Shown: positions 1-8,474 of the stretch, in pieces
How positions within the stretch are numbered: position 1 is the first letter of the stretch
How the letters are laid out: each line of letters opens with the position of its first letter
Virus record (IMG/VR): IMGVR_UViG_2606217174_000014
Length of the DNA stretch: 18,324 nucleotides
Source of the DNA: a virus
Taxonomy: Duplodnaviria; Heunggongvirae; Uroviricota; Caudoviricetes
Reading direction: 5' to 3' (one strand)
The notes under the pieces: generated by a model
What the model saw: only the letters and a program-made list of their open reading frames with translations
Told to the model about the DNA's origin: nothing
Database searches by the model: none
Translations under genes and position numbers: made by a program

Positions 1-276
1 TTACCGACTGCGGCCTGAGTTTTTTAAGTGACGTAAAATCGTGTTGAGGCCAACGCCCATAATGCGGGCAGTTGCCCGGCATCCAACGCCATTCATGGCC
101 ATATCAATGATTTTCTGGTGCGTACCGGGTTGAGAAGCGGTGTAAGTGAACTGCAGTTGCCATGTTTTACGGCAGTGAGAGCAGAGATAGCGCTGATGTC
201 CGGCGGTGCTTTTGCCGTTACGCACCACCCCGTCAGTAGCTGAACAGGAGGGACAGCTGATAGAAACAGAAGCCAC
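1..276 (-). CDS. insA: IS1 transposition repressor InsA
   Basis: 91-aa translation [40 protein letters not shown]... matches IS1 InsA as I recall it, with zinc-finger cysteines and an HTH. Confidence 0.92.
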
Positions 277-331
277 TGGAGCACCTCAAAAACACCATCA
301 TACACTAAATCAGTAAGTTGGCAGCATCACC
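1..331 (-). mobile_element. IS1 insertion sequence, partial (window opens inside the element; terminal inverted repeat at 309-331)
   Basis: The minus strand encodes full-length InsA ending at position 1, the A6C frameshift motif (plus-strand gttttttaa at 18-26) sits at the window edge, and 309-331 is the reverse complement of the IS1 end GGTGATGCTGCCAACTTACTGAT. The rest of the element (insB) lies off-window. Confidence 0.9.
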
Positions 332-357
332 ATAACTTTTAGTAAATAATTGGCGTA

Positions 358-741
358 TTAATTAGAGTTATTAACAACGATATCCATCTCTAACCGGATA
401 TCTAATGCCATTAACATCCCTTCAATTATGCCCTCAGCCTTCTGTAACCTTTTCCCGATATAACCATCAGAGCAGCAATGCTTACCTGCCAGTGACATGA
501 ATGTCATACCGACTACATAATAATCTACTAATAAATCGTGCAAATCGCTGTTGTTCTTTTTCAGACGGGCCATGCACCCGCAAATGATCATCGCGTCATC
601 GTCACAACATTGCGGGCGAGATTTTACTTTTGAAGTAATTAATCCCTTAAAACCGGCGGCAATGGACGACCAGGTCACATCTTCATGATTATTAGCCGCC
701 CACGCTCCCCAACGCTCAAGAACCATCTGAATATCACGCAT
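358..741 (-). CDS. quuD: Late-gene antiterminator Q (DLP12 QuuD-like family, not lambda Q)
   Basis: ORF 358..756; the likely start is the internal [14 protein letters not shown]... at 741, which has a GGAG Shine-Dalgarno 6 nt upstream. Cys-rich, and positioned immediately after rusA-ylcG as in DLP12. Confidence 0.8.
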   Translation of the reverse strand: MRDIQMVLERWGAWAANNHEDVTWSSIAAGFKGLITSKVKSRPQCCDDDAMIICGCMARLKKNNSDLHDLLVDYYVVGMTFMSLAGKHCCSDGYIGKRLQKAEGIIEGMLMALDIRLEMDIVVNNSN

Positions 742-826
742 CAACTTACTCCACAAAAATCAGACCAGAACGCCAATTACAAGCAAAAATCAACGAAACA
801 GTATTAGTTGATTGTTATCTCTGACT

Positions 827-964
827 TCATACTCCTGCTCCTGTCAGGGTTTTGGCGTAATTCTTCAGTATTCGGTAATCGGTCAAAACAGAACCGGGGA
901 AACGATATAAGCGCAGACGCCCCCAGCGGTGGCGAAGACGTTCTGCCATATAAAACTCAAACAT
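827..964 (-). CDS. ylcG: Small DLP12-type protein YlcG (45 aa)
   Basis: Manual translation [45 protein letters not shown]; the start codon overlaps the rusA stop (ATGA). Below the ORF-track length cut-off. Confidence 0.6.
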   Translation of the reverse strand: MFEFYMAERLRHRWGRLRLYRFPGSVLTDYRILKNYAKTLTGAGV

Positions 965-1326
965 CATTCATTCCCCATTTCGGTGATGGTCAGTTCCAGC
1001 CTCCCACCTTTGGTAACAGGCATCTTCACAACGCGGTAATCAACGACCTGAGCATCATCCAGCCAGAAACCTGCTTTAGTGAGTGCGTCAAAAGCGGCTT
1101 TTTGCAGATTATCCAGGTCACGGCGACGGCGATCCGGCATGTGGCACTCAATGCGGATTTTCACAGGCATAGCCAGGCCGATATCCAGCATTGCGTTTTT
1201 AATGATTCGGGCGACGTTATCGCGGTATGCCTGCCCCTCTGCGCTGACGTGCGTGCGCCCGCGATTATGGCGGTAATAGCGATTATTGCTCGGAGGCCAG
1301 GGTAATGTGATGCTGTAGGTATTCAC
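964..1326 (-). CDS. rusA: Holliday junction resolvase RusA
   Basis: 120-aa translation [37 protein letters not shown]... matches E. coli RusA. Confidence 0.92.
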   Translation of the reverse strand: MNTYSITLPWPPSNNRYYRHNRGRTHVSAEGQAYRDNVARIIKNAMLDIGLAMPVKIRIECHMPDRRRRDLDNLQKAAFDALTKAGFWLDDAQVVDYRVVKMPVTKGGRLELTITEMGNE

Positions 1327-1613
1327 GCCTTAATAACCCCCTCTTTCAGCCAGATAACCTGTGTTCTCGCCATACCTTCCAGCGCGCATTCTTTTGCATA
1401 TGCAGCATCGACAAAATGTGTGCGGCGGTCGATTTCGTCGTGGCAGGCAGAACATGCAATGGTGGCAATCAGGTCTGGCGGTTTGGTACCGGTGCCGCAC
1501 AATCCAGTCAGCCGGATATGTGCCAGTACAGACGTTTCAGGGTTGCCATTACATACGCCAGGGATTCTTACCTGGCATTCCCGACTACGCGCTGCTTTTC
1601 TCAAATCAGCCAT
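1323..1613 (-). CDS. ybcO: YbcO-like nin-region protein (Cys-rich, putative nuclease)
   Basis: ORF 1323..1652; the probable start is the internal [23 protein letters not shown]... at 1613, which overlaps the ninE stop (ATGGCTGA). Confidence 0.75.
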   Translation of the reverse strand: MADLRKAARSRECQVRIPGVCNGNPETSVLAHIRLTGLCGTGTKPPDLIATIACSACHDEIDRRTHFVDAAYAKECALEGMARTQVIWLKEGVIKA

Positions 1614-1776
1614 GATTCCTCCTTGCTGCCAGTCGCAACCATTTTTTATCAACCAGGCTGGCGGTATATCCGAGCAGTGTTGGTATTTCGGAAGGCTTCA
1701 GCTCCGGTTTACGCTTACGACGATCTGGTACTCTGTAGATGTGTCCGTTCATGACACGAATAAGCGGTGTAGCCAT
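1606..1776 (-). CDS. ninE: NinE (56 aa)
   Basis: Manual translation [56 protein letters not shown]; the start overlaps the ybcN stop (TAATG). Not in the ORF track because it is under 60 aa. Confidence 0.7.
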   Translation of the reverse strand: MATPLIRVMNGHIYRVPDRRKRKPELKPSEIPTLLGYTASLVDKKWLRLAARRNHG

Positions 1777-2231
1777 TACGCCTCCTGCTTGTCGCGGAGC
1801 AGCTGGAACTCGCAGCTCTGCGGAATAGTCAGGTGGCAGCCAATATTCACCGCCCAGGCTTCAACCTTACACAGGAAGACATACATCTCTCCGGTATCAA
1901 GATCGGAGGTATGGCGTAACGACTGGATAGTGGTGATATCACCGGTTACAACATCAACCAGGTCTTTGGTTTCATAACCGAGATATGTGTGTTTGAGAGC
2001 ATCTTTTACCCAAGCTGGAGTAGCGAACGTTTTACCCCTGCTGATGAGGTATTCACTGATTTCGCTGTACCACATGTGGCTGAGTGCATTCTGGGAAAGA
2101 CTGCGTTTCTCACGCCACGGTTTAAGCACCATGCGAAAGCATTTGCCCTCCTCCAGATAAGGCTGGATCTGCCGACCGATAGCGGTGAAGTTACCGCGAT
2201 GTAATTTGATGCCATCTTGTGGGAGATTCAC
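1776..2231 (-). CDS. ybcN: YbcN-like nin-region DNA-binding protein
   Basis: 151-aa translation (M)[20 protein letters not shown]... with a GTG start preceded by a GGAGG Shine-Dalgarno; matches the DLP12 YbcN gene order. Confidence 0.8.
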   Translation of the reverse strand: MNLPQDGIKLHRGNFTAIGRQIQPYLEEGKCFRMVLKPWREKRSLSQNALSHMWYSEISEYLISRGKTFATPAWVKDALKHTYLGYETKDLVDVVTGDITTIQSLRHTSDLDTGEMYVFLCKVEAWAVNIGCHLTIPQSCEFQLLRDKQEA

Positions 2232-2329
2232 GCTTCACCTCCGCAGAGGTCAAACGCTGGATACAATATATCGCAGGTGCATTTCTGCATCTGTGGAGGG
2301 AGAAGAGAGTTTGGATTGTGTGTGCGCAT
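2228..2329 (-). CDS. ylcH: Small protein YlcH-like (33 aa)
   Basis: Manual translation [33 protein letters not shown]; GGGGA Shine-Dalgarno; the stop overlaps the ybcN GTG start. Family assignment is by position only. Confidence 0.45.
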   Translation of the reverse strand: MRTHNPNSLLPPQMQKCTCDILYPAFDLCGGEA

Positions 2330-2418
2330 AAACGTCCCCGTTTAGCGCAGAAGTCACCGGAGTTGTTCAGGCTCCGATGACATGATTATGGCGAGTTGAT
2401 TATCGCAAATCAAAGGTT

Positions 2419-2775
2419 TTAATTGTGCTTTATTCCTTCAAGCGTTGCCTTCATACCAACCAAAGAAATGTTTAGCTCTCCAACTTTCTCAGGGCTATAT
2501 AATTCAGAATGAAGCCAATATTCTGATTTATCTAAACATCTTTTAGCCAGCTCTCGATCAAAGTCTACGACTTGGGAAGACGCTTCATACCAAAGCCTAT
2601 AAAGTTTTTCTTCTTCGTTTGGGTTATTAGGCTCACCACGTTTTAATTTTTCAGTATATAAAATTGTTGAATAAATCGCAGGAGTTAATCCAGTGATTGC
2701 CCTCTGCCGCAGATCGGATTTGTTTGTTATCCACCCCAACAGACGATCTCCCATCCATGTGATAATTGTATCCAT
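2419..2775 (-). CDS. Hypothetical protein, 118 aa, AT-rich orphan (moron-like)
   Basis: Clean ORF with an upstream AAGGG; composition is markedly more AT-rich than the flanking nin genes; no family recognised. Confidence 0.6.
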   Translation of the reverse strand: MDTIITWMGDRLLGWITNKSDLRQRAITGLTPAIYSTILYTEKLKRGEPNNPNEEEKLYRLWYEASSQVVDFDRELAKRCLDKSEYWLHSELYSPEKVGELNISLVGMKATLEGIKHN

Positions 2776-3236
2776 GCTTTAGCCCTTCTTAGTAAATAGT
2801 GTGTAGGGCGACTGAAGGACCGAGTTTATGCTTTTTCGCATTGCTTTCAGTTAGTACACCGGTATCGCACCGGAAACAATCCTACGGCAAATTGGTTGTC
2901 TGACCTCTCGGTTTTTCGTGCATTAACCGATACCCACTACAGTCTCGGCGAAAGCTGCACACCCCCAGGGTGTACTGGTAGCACTCGGCACAGCCTAGCA
3001 CGCCACTTTCTTCTCACTATCCAGTCTAATTTTATCCCCTAGTCAGACACTCAGATGTAGTGCTCCGCAGCGGCATGCGGGGGAATACAAAAACTCGGAC
3101 AAAATTGGGCCCTCCTTTTTGAATCACTCGCGGGGATGTAGTTATTAATACATGGAAAAAGATCTGTTTTCAAATCCAACATTATATGGTTTCAATACCA
3201 CGGGGTGGCTATGTGTTTCTCATTGTTAATTGGAAT

Positions 3237-3560
3237 CTACTGTAATCGATCCGAACGTAAATGCGGCAAAACTCGACTCCACTTATCATCCTGCCACGGC
3301 CGGAATTTTACATGTGCCGTTTCTCTGGCAAGGATTGCCTGTGCCTTATTGAGTATCTGGGGATATTCTTGCTCGATAGAAGTGAAGCGACCAGCTTCAC
3401 GATGCTCCGCAACCTGAAGAAGAGGAGTAACGTTCTGGTAGGTAATTAACATCACATTCCCTGCTCGCCATAACCAGGCGAGTGTGCAAAGTTCGTTATC
3501 AGTGAATTGTTTTGTGATTGGGTATTGTTGAACTGCTAGAACGAGAACGCCAGCATCCAT
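3237..3560 (-). CDS. Hypothetical protein (107 aa, or ~72 aa from the internal start MLITYQNV...)
   Basis: ORF in the ybcK-downstream region. The first ATG has a weak Shine-Dalgarno; the internal ATG has AGGGA upstream. No family recognised. Confidence 0.3.
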   Translation of the reverse strand: MDAGVLVLAVQQYPITKQFTDNELCTLAWLWRAGNVMLITYQNVTPLLQVAEHREAGRFTSIEQEYPQILNKAQAILARETAHVKFRPWQDDKWSRVLPHLRSDRLQ

Positions 3561-3671
3561 TGGCAGTCTCTATAGTAAAACCATAGCTCAGGACGCTTCG
3601 TTCAGGATAGATAATTTTAATGTACTTACCTAACTTTCTTACTATAGCACGGTTGAAAAAGTGATTATTAC

Positions 3672-5198
3672 TCAAAAATAAACCTCACCATCAACCATAT
3701 ATTTGAGAGTACTTATCGCCTGCTGGGCGGATATTGTTTTCATTAAAGGATAGTGTTTAAAAACAATGCCATTCATAAAATAGATATCACAGGTTTTATT
3801 ATCTGTATTGATTATGATTTTTTCGAATGTTTTATAGGCAAGTGTACGACATAGCTCTCGCCCATTTTTACTGGTTAAGTCAATAGCATGAAAATCACCA
3901 AGTGAACTCACCGCTTTACTCTTCAAAGTTTTTAATGATACAGAAGCCCTTCGTAATTCCTTATCTAATACTCTGATTTTTTCTGCTATAGCGGTAACTT
4001 CAGGCGCAACAGATAATGCAGCAATTAAATTATTAATTTTCATCTGGAGCTCAATAATTTTCAACTCTAAAGTTTCATTAGCATCTTTCTTGTTTTCAAC
4101 TGGTTGGATTTTACTACAATTAAAAAGCAACTCATTAATGATATTATAATCAACCAAATCTCTCTTTATTGATGGCCTGTCACATCGATGCAGTCTTCTC
4201 ATCGGACAAACATAATAGCCATGCAAACTTCTAGATACCGCATGAACAATCATGGTATTACCACAAGCCTCGCACTTCATAACTGTTCGAAGTAGATTTA
4301 TCAACATAGGATTTTTGCTACTATTGCTAATACCAAAAGGTGCCAACCGAATTTCCTGTACAGCGTAAAACAAATCATCTGATATGACTCTGGGATAATA
4401 GCCAGCGATTTCACTTATTCCTTTACCTCTTGCACGATATGAAGGTACGCATATACCTATCAGAGCTTTATTCGCTAATAATTTTTCAATTACAGAAGGT
4501 CCCCATGCACTTTCTTTTCCTGAGAAATTCTTTACAGCATGATCATTTAAATACTTGGCTATTGCATTCAATGAGCGCCTTTCCATCCTGAGTTTAAAAA
4601 TTAGCTCAATAGTTTTCACCCTGTCGGGGTCTGGAACAAAAGCCGTTCTTTTGTCATCTAAGGAGAGCCATCTCGGACAAGACGCCGTCATAATCGTACC
4701 TGATTCCAGTGCATCCTGCCGTTTTTTCTTCCATGATAATTTAACCCGACTTGACTTTATCTCGCTTTCTTCATTTGCCCTTTGTGCTATAAGTATGGCT
4801 TTTATTAATGAATATGGCTCATTCAAAGAGTCAATATTATAGACTGTATTGTCGCAAAGAGTTATAACATCAATACCGTGATTCAAAATCAATTTCAGAC
4901 GTTCAATCGCTTCACCGACTTTTTCTCTTGAAAGTCTGTCCAGACTTTCAACTAACAATGTAGTTCCTGGCAATATATAACCATGCTCTATAGCATCTAA
5001 AAATTCCGAAAAAGCTCCTGATTGTGCATGCTTTCCTTTGAATGCACTTAATCCTAAATCTTCATATGTTATGGTATCAAGATAATAATCACTATTTACC
5101 TTTAACCATTCAGCAATAAGTCTTCTCTGTCGGTTTAATGAGTCGCCAGACATCTGACCTGGTGATGAAAATCGCATATATGCTATGGCTTTTTTCAT
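3672..5198 (-). CDS. ybcK: Large serine recombinase (DLP12 YbcK-like)
   Basis: 508 aa. N-terminal resolvase catalytic motif (AYMRFSSPGQ with the serine nucleophile, then SLNRQ), followed by a recombinase domain, Cys clusters (CEACGN...C...C) and a C-terminal coiled-coil region. AGGTG Shine-Dalgarno. Confidence 0.85.
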   Translation of the reverse strand: MKKAIAYMRFSSPGQMSGDSLNRQRRLIAEWLKVNSDYYLDTITYEDLGLSAFKGKHAQSGAFSEFLDAIEHGYILPGTTLLVESLDRLSREKVGEAIERLKLILNHGIDVITLCDNTVYNIDSLNEPYSLIKAILIAQRANEESEIKSSRVKLSWKKKRQDALESGTIMTASCPRWLSLDDKRTAFVPDPDRVKTIELIFKLRMERRSLNAIAKYLNDHAVKNFSGKESAWGPSVIEKLLANKALIGICVPSYRARGKGISEIAGYYPRVISDDLFYAVQEIRLAPFGISNSSKNPMLINLLRTVMKCEACGNTMIVHAVSRSLHGYYVCPMRRLHRCDRPSIKRDLVDYNIINELLFNCSKIQPVENKKDANETLELKIIELQMKINNLIAALSVAPEVTAIAEKIRVLDKELRRASVSLKTLKSKAVSSLGDFHAIDLTSKNGRELCRTLAYKTFEKIIINTDNKTCDIYFMNGIVFKHYPLMKTISAQQAISTLKYMVDGEVYF

Positions 5199-5453
5199 GG
5201 TGACACCTGCTAACGTATGCTTTTATAAACCTTAGTGGTGGGATATAATTTTGTTTAATTTTTATTTAAAAAGACAATTAAGGTCACATTATCTTGAATA
5301 TACAACAATAATCGTATTGCAATTTTCTTACGCCATAATCTTGAAAGCACAAAAGAATACATAAAAAAATAAAGACATTAACAAAAAGCATAAAACGAGG
5401 CTCATATAAATATAAGAGCCTCCATATTTTAGTCGTTTAGAAACAAATTATTT

Positions 5454-5786
5454 TTAATGTGGTGTGCTTCGTGACAATAAATTAATAACCAACACACCGG
5501 CACAAATCAACATCATGCCTATAATGGCTGGCAGGTCCAGCCGTTGGCCGAAAAGTCCCCATGACAGTAAGCTAATCAGGACAATACCGACTCCTGACCA
5601 GATAGCATAAGCAATCCCTGTAGGAATATAAGCCAGCGTCTGAGCTAATAACCAGAATGATGCACAATAACAAATAATTGTACCAACAGATGGCCATAAC
5701 CGTGTAAAACCTTCTGAAAACTTCATTAAGGTTGTACCAATGACCTCTGCAAGTATTGCACCACCAAGATAAATATAAGGGTTCAT
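5454..5786 (-). CDS. emrE: SMR-family multidrug efflux transporter EmrE
   Basis: ORF 5454..5840; the internal start MNPYIYLGGAILAEVIGTTLMKFSEGFTRLWPSVG... gives a 110-aa four-helix SMR protein matching EmrE. Confidence 0.9.
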   Translation of the reverse strand: MNPYIYLGGAILAEVIGTTLMKFSEGFTRLWPSVGTIICYCASFWLLAQTLAYIPTGIAYAIWSGVGIVLISLLSWGLFGQRLDLPAIIGMMLICAGVLVINLLSRSTPH

Positions 5787-5853
5787 AGAATATTCTTTCC
5801 TGTTCAAACTGGAGAGAATTGTACTACAGTTTGAACTCAACTCACCTGTTTCA

Positions 5854-6156
5854 TCATTGTGTACCCATTGATGTTCTTTTATATACCCTCAATACCCGTT
5901 TCATCGCGGCACTCTGGCGACACTCCTTAAAAATCAGATTCGTGCTCACCTTTCCTTCCCGTTCTTCTCTGGTAGCAAACCGGTAATACACCGTTCGCCA
6001 GACCTTACCTTCGATAGCCAGAAGACCTGCCCGTGCCATTTTAGCCGCAGCCTGATTTATGCTGGTTACCGTTGCGCCTGTTACCGCGGCAACGTCCTGC
6101 GCACAGAATTTCTTATGAGTCCCCAGGTAATGAATAATTGCCTCTTTGCCCGTCAT
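5854..6156 (-). CDS. ren: Ren-like protein
   Basis: MTGKEAIIHYLGTH...ATVTSINQAAAKMARAG...VWRTVYYRFATREEREGK... matches lambda Ren as recalled; the C-terminus diverges. The start overlaps the end of P (ATGA). Confidence 0.8.
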   Translation of the reverse strand: MTGKEAIIHYLGTHKKFCAQDVAAVTGATVTSINQAAAKMARAGLLAIEGKVWRTVYYRFATREEREGKVSTNLIFKECRQSAAMKRVLRVYKRTSMGTQ

Positions 6157-6853
6157 ACCCTTGCTCCTTTCAGCCCAAACTTAGCTTTGATTTCTGCGAT
6201 CTTCGCCAGAGCCTGTGCACGATTTAGAGGTCTACCGCCCATGACAGGAAGTTGTTTTACTGGTTCAGGTATAGCCTCACCACGGTTAATTCGTGCGGTC
6301 ATACAGGACAGTTCATCGGCAGCCTTGCGCCGTAATTCCGCGTCAGTCACGCATTGGCCCGCATGTTCTGATACAGGTTGGTAACCAGCCAGTAGTGCGC
6401 GTTTGATTTCCACGGATAAGACTCTGCATCCGGATACAGCCCGCGCTTCCGGCAATACTCGTAAACCATATCAACCAGCTCGCTGGCGTTTGGCAGCCCG
6501 GCGGTAACGGATGCTTCTTCCCGGCACCAGGCGACAAACTGCCCGGGTGATGGCAGGAATGGTCGATTCTGCCGACGGGCTACGCGCATTCCAGCGTTAA
6601 CCTGTTCCATTGTGGTGATCCCGTTTTCCCGAAAAGCCAGCACCCACTGGCGGCGGATTTCGTTCAGTTCATTCTGGTCACGGTTAGCCAGGCTCGCCGG
6701 GAAAGTTGCCAGTAACTGGCTGAACACACCGTTGATGATCTGCGCTACCTGCTGTACCTGCGGCTTTTCGTCGTACTGTTCCGGCATGTTGTTGGCGATC
6801 CGACGCATCTGCTCACGGTCAAAGTTAACCATCTGTGCGGCGATGTTTTTCAT
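6153..6853 (-). pseudogene. P: Replication protein P (DnaB loader), disrupted by a 1-nt frameshift near 6347
   Basis: The 168-aa ORF 6347..6853 (MKNIAAQMVNFDREQMRRIANN...NMRANA*) and the 100-aa ORF 6153..6455 (...VTDAELRRKAADEL...KIAEIKAKFGLKGARV) together form one lambda-P-like protein but sit in different frames. Confidence 0.8.
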
Positions 6854-7779
6854 AAATCCACCCCGTAAATCCAGTCAGTGTTTGTCAGGTCGAGTTTTGG
6901 TTTGCTGGCTATCATGCCTGCCTGTTGCTTGTTACGGTTGATTTCGAGTTGGGTCCACTTGTCGCGGAGTTTGGCCGGACTTAGCACGTTACCGGACCAG
7001 AAGTTGTCCTGGCATGCCCAGCGGAAAAGCACGCACATGTCGCGGTGGTTACGTCCGTCACGTTCACGCATCAGGCGGATATCGTTAGCCCACCCTGCAA
7101 AATTCGGTTTTCTGGCTGATGGTGCGATGGTCTTCACCATGTCAAACATCCACTCTGCGGCGGTCAGGTCTTCTGCTGTCCCCCACTTGCTGCCGCTCTG
7201 AATTGCAGCATCTGGTTTCACCACAGGAAGATCGTTTTCTGGTTGGTCAGAGGATTCGCCAGAATTCTCGGACGAAAAAGGTTTTATATTGTCTTTTGTT
7301 AGTTTGTCTTTTGTGTTTACCTGATTCGGGTAAACGCCTTTACCTGATTTGGGTAAACTTTTCTTACCTGATTCAGGTAAATTTACCTCTTTCAGGTAAA
7401 CTTTATTTTTCTTACCTGATTCGGGTAATGTTGACCATTCACTGACCACATTATTAATACCGATATTCCGCCCGCTCTGAATCAAAATCCCACGCTTTAC
7501 CAGAACACTTTTTGCAGCAGAACACTTGTGCGGTAATATCCCGGTCAATCCGGACAGTTGCTCGTTGCTCACCCAATCCAGTTTTTTATTAAAGCCATAT
7601 GTTTTGCGCATGACAGCCAGGAAGACCAGAAGCTGGTGCTGTGTTAATCCGGCCAGCATCACAGCTTCCAGCAACTCATTTGCAATGCGCGTATAACCAT
7701 CATCGAGATCTGCCACGCGCGGCTCCTTTTGTGCCGCATCCGGCACTGGAAAATTGAATATCTCAGCAGTGTTTGCCAT
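6850..7779 (-). CDS. O: Replication initiator O
   Basis: ORF 6850..7869; the probable start is MANTAEIFNF... at 7779 (compare lambda O MTNTAKILNF). ADLDDGY and LLVFLAVMRKTYG motifs; the gene contains the iterons. Confidence 0.85.
   Translation of the reverse strand: MANTAEIFNFPVPDAAQKEPRVADLDDGYTRIANELLEAVMLAGLTQHQLLVFLAVMRKTYGFNKKLDWVSNEQLSGLTGILPHKCSAAKSVLVKRGILIQSGRNIGINNVVSEWSTLPESGKKNKVYLKEVNLPESGKKSLPKSGKGVYPNQVNTKDKLTKDNIKPFSSENSGESSDQPENDLPVVKPDAAIQSGSKWGTAEDLTAAEWMFDMVKTIAPSARKPNFAGWANDIRLMRERDGRNHRDMCVLFRWACQDNFWSGNVLSPAKLRDKWTQLEINRNKQQAGMIASKPKLDLTNTDWIYGVDL
7318..7430. repeat. Replication origin iterons (five ~18-bp direct repeats, tacctgattcgggtaaac-like) inside the O gene
   Basis: Repeats at about 7318, 7341, 7366, 7384 and 7413, with an AT-rich tract (7261-7310) on the O-distal side, as at ori-lambda. 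Confidence 0.8.
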
Positions 7780-7865
7780 AATTCCTCCCGCAATGAGTGT
7801 GTTACGATTTGCACCTGAAAGTCGGTTCTGTTCCAGCAGACCGGCTTTCGCCATTTCTGAACCTG

Positions 7866-8405
7866 TCATATCGCCCCCAGCATGGTAGTAACCATCGCCA
7901 TCAATGGACCAGCCAGATCTGGGTCCACACGAAACATCGATACAATACCTTCACTAATTTCCTTCAGTTTCTGGTGGCGTGGTGCGTTGAGAATGACAGC
8001 CTGTTTTGCCTCACTGAGTTCCTTTTCCATTTCAGCCAACCTGGCCATGAAGCTATCCTGCTCAACCAGGTAACCGCGATATTCCAGCGGTAGTACCGCC
8101 AGAATTGCCGGGGTCAGTTCACGCACGTTATTTCGGTATTTTTCAGAATCGAATTTGTTATCGAGGAAGCGGAACAGCTTCTGGCGTGCACGGCTGACAT
8201 CATCAGGGAAATCGATGGTGCCGCCGCCCTGCTCCCGATACTCATTCACAATGAGTGTGGCAACGACATCCTGATTATCTACAGCCGACCAGGCGCGGAC
8301 GGCATCACGGATTTTTTCGTGGCCTGGCACCTGTTTTGTTTGAGAACGATTTATCACCGCAGTCGGGCTAAATCCGCTAGTCTGTTGGTATGGAAGTGGT
8401 TGCAT
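7866..8405 (-). CDS. Early regulatory protein in the cII position (YdaT-like, 179 aa)
   Basis: Clean ORF with an AAGGAG Shine-Dalgarno immediately downstream of cro. Family assignment is from position and general resemblance only. Confidence 0.6.
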   Translation of the reverse strand: MQPLPYQQTSGFSPTAVINRSQTKQVPGHEKIRDAVRAWSAVDNQDVVATLIVNEYREQGGGTIDFPDDVSRARQKLFRFLDNKFDSEKYRNNVRELTPAILAVLPLEYRGYLVEQDSFMARLAEMEKELSEAKQAVILNAPRHQKLKEISEGIVSMFRVDPDLAGPLMAMVTTMLGAI

Positions 8406-8474
8406 AATTGACTCCTTTAGTTTGAATTGACTGTTAAGTTGATTGCTTATTGTTAAAGAGCGTGAAATGGAAAT

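Noticed and set aside
93-305. 70-aa minus-strand ORF inside IS1
   Set aside because: It overlaps insA in another frame inside a well-defined IS1; treated as a spurious frame artefact.
808-1305. Plus-strand ORFs of 165 and 65 aa opposite rusA/ylcG
   Set aside because: They are antisense to well-supported rusA and ylcG, have no ribosome-binding site and show no recognisable fold.
1361-1977. Plus-strand ORFs of 84, 112 and 185 aa opposite ybcO/ninE/ybcN
   Set aside because: They are shadow ORFs on the opposite strand of a tightly coupled minus-strand operon.
2776-3671. Retron msr/msd or a tRNA in the ORF-poor interval
   Set aside because: There is no reverse transcriptase gene nearby and no T-loop GTTCGA-type motif or cloverleaf could be found by eye; left as an unclassified candidate structured region.
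4555-4842. 95-aa plus-strand ORF inside the serine recombinase gene
   Set aside because: Antisense shadow ORF within an AT-rich coding region.
5802-5836. Guanidine riboswitch upstream of the SMR transporter emrE
   Set aside because: The hairpin loop lacks the ACGR tetraloops of the guanidine-II class and there is no tandem hairpin arrangement.
6343-6537. 64-aa minus-strand ORF overlapping P
   Set aside because: It is the third frame across the P frameshift region; P is fully accounted for by the other two frames.
7300-7440. Direct repeats considered as a CRISPR array
   Set aside because: The repeats are about 18 bp at irregular spacing, lie inside the O coding sequence and match the ori iteron pattern; there are no spacer-like unique units and no cas genes.
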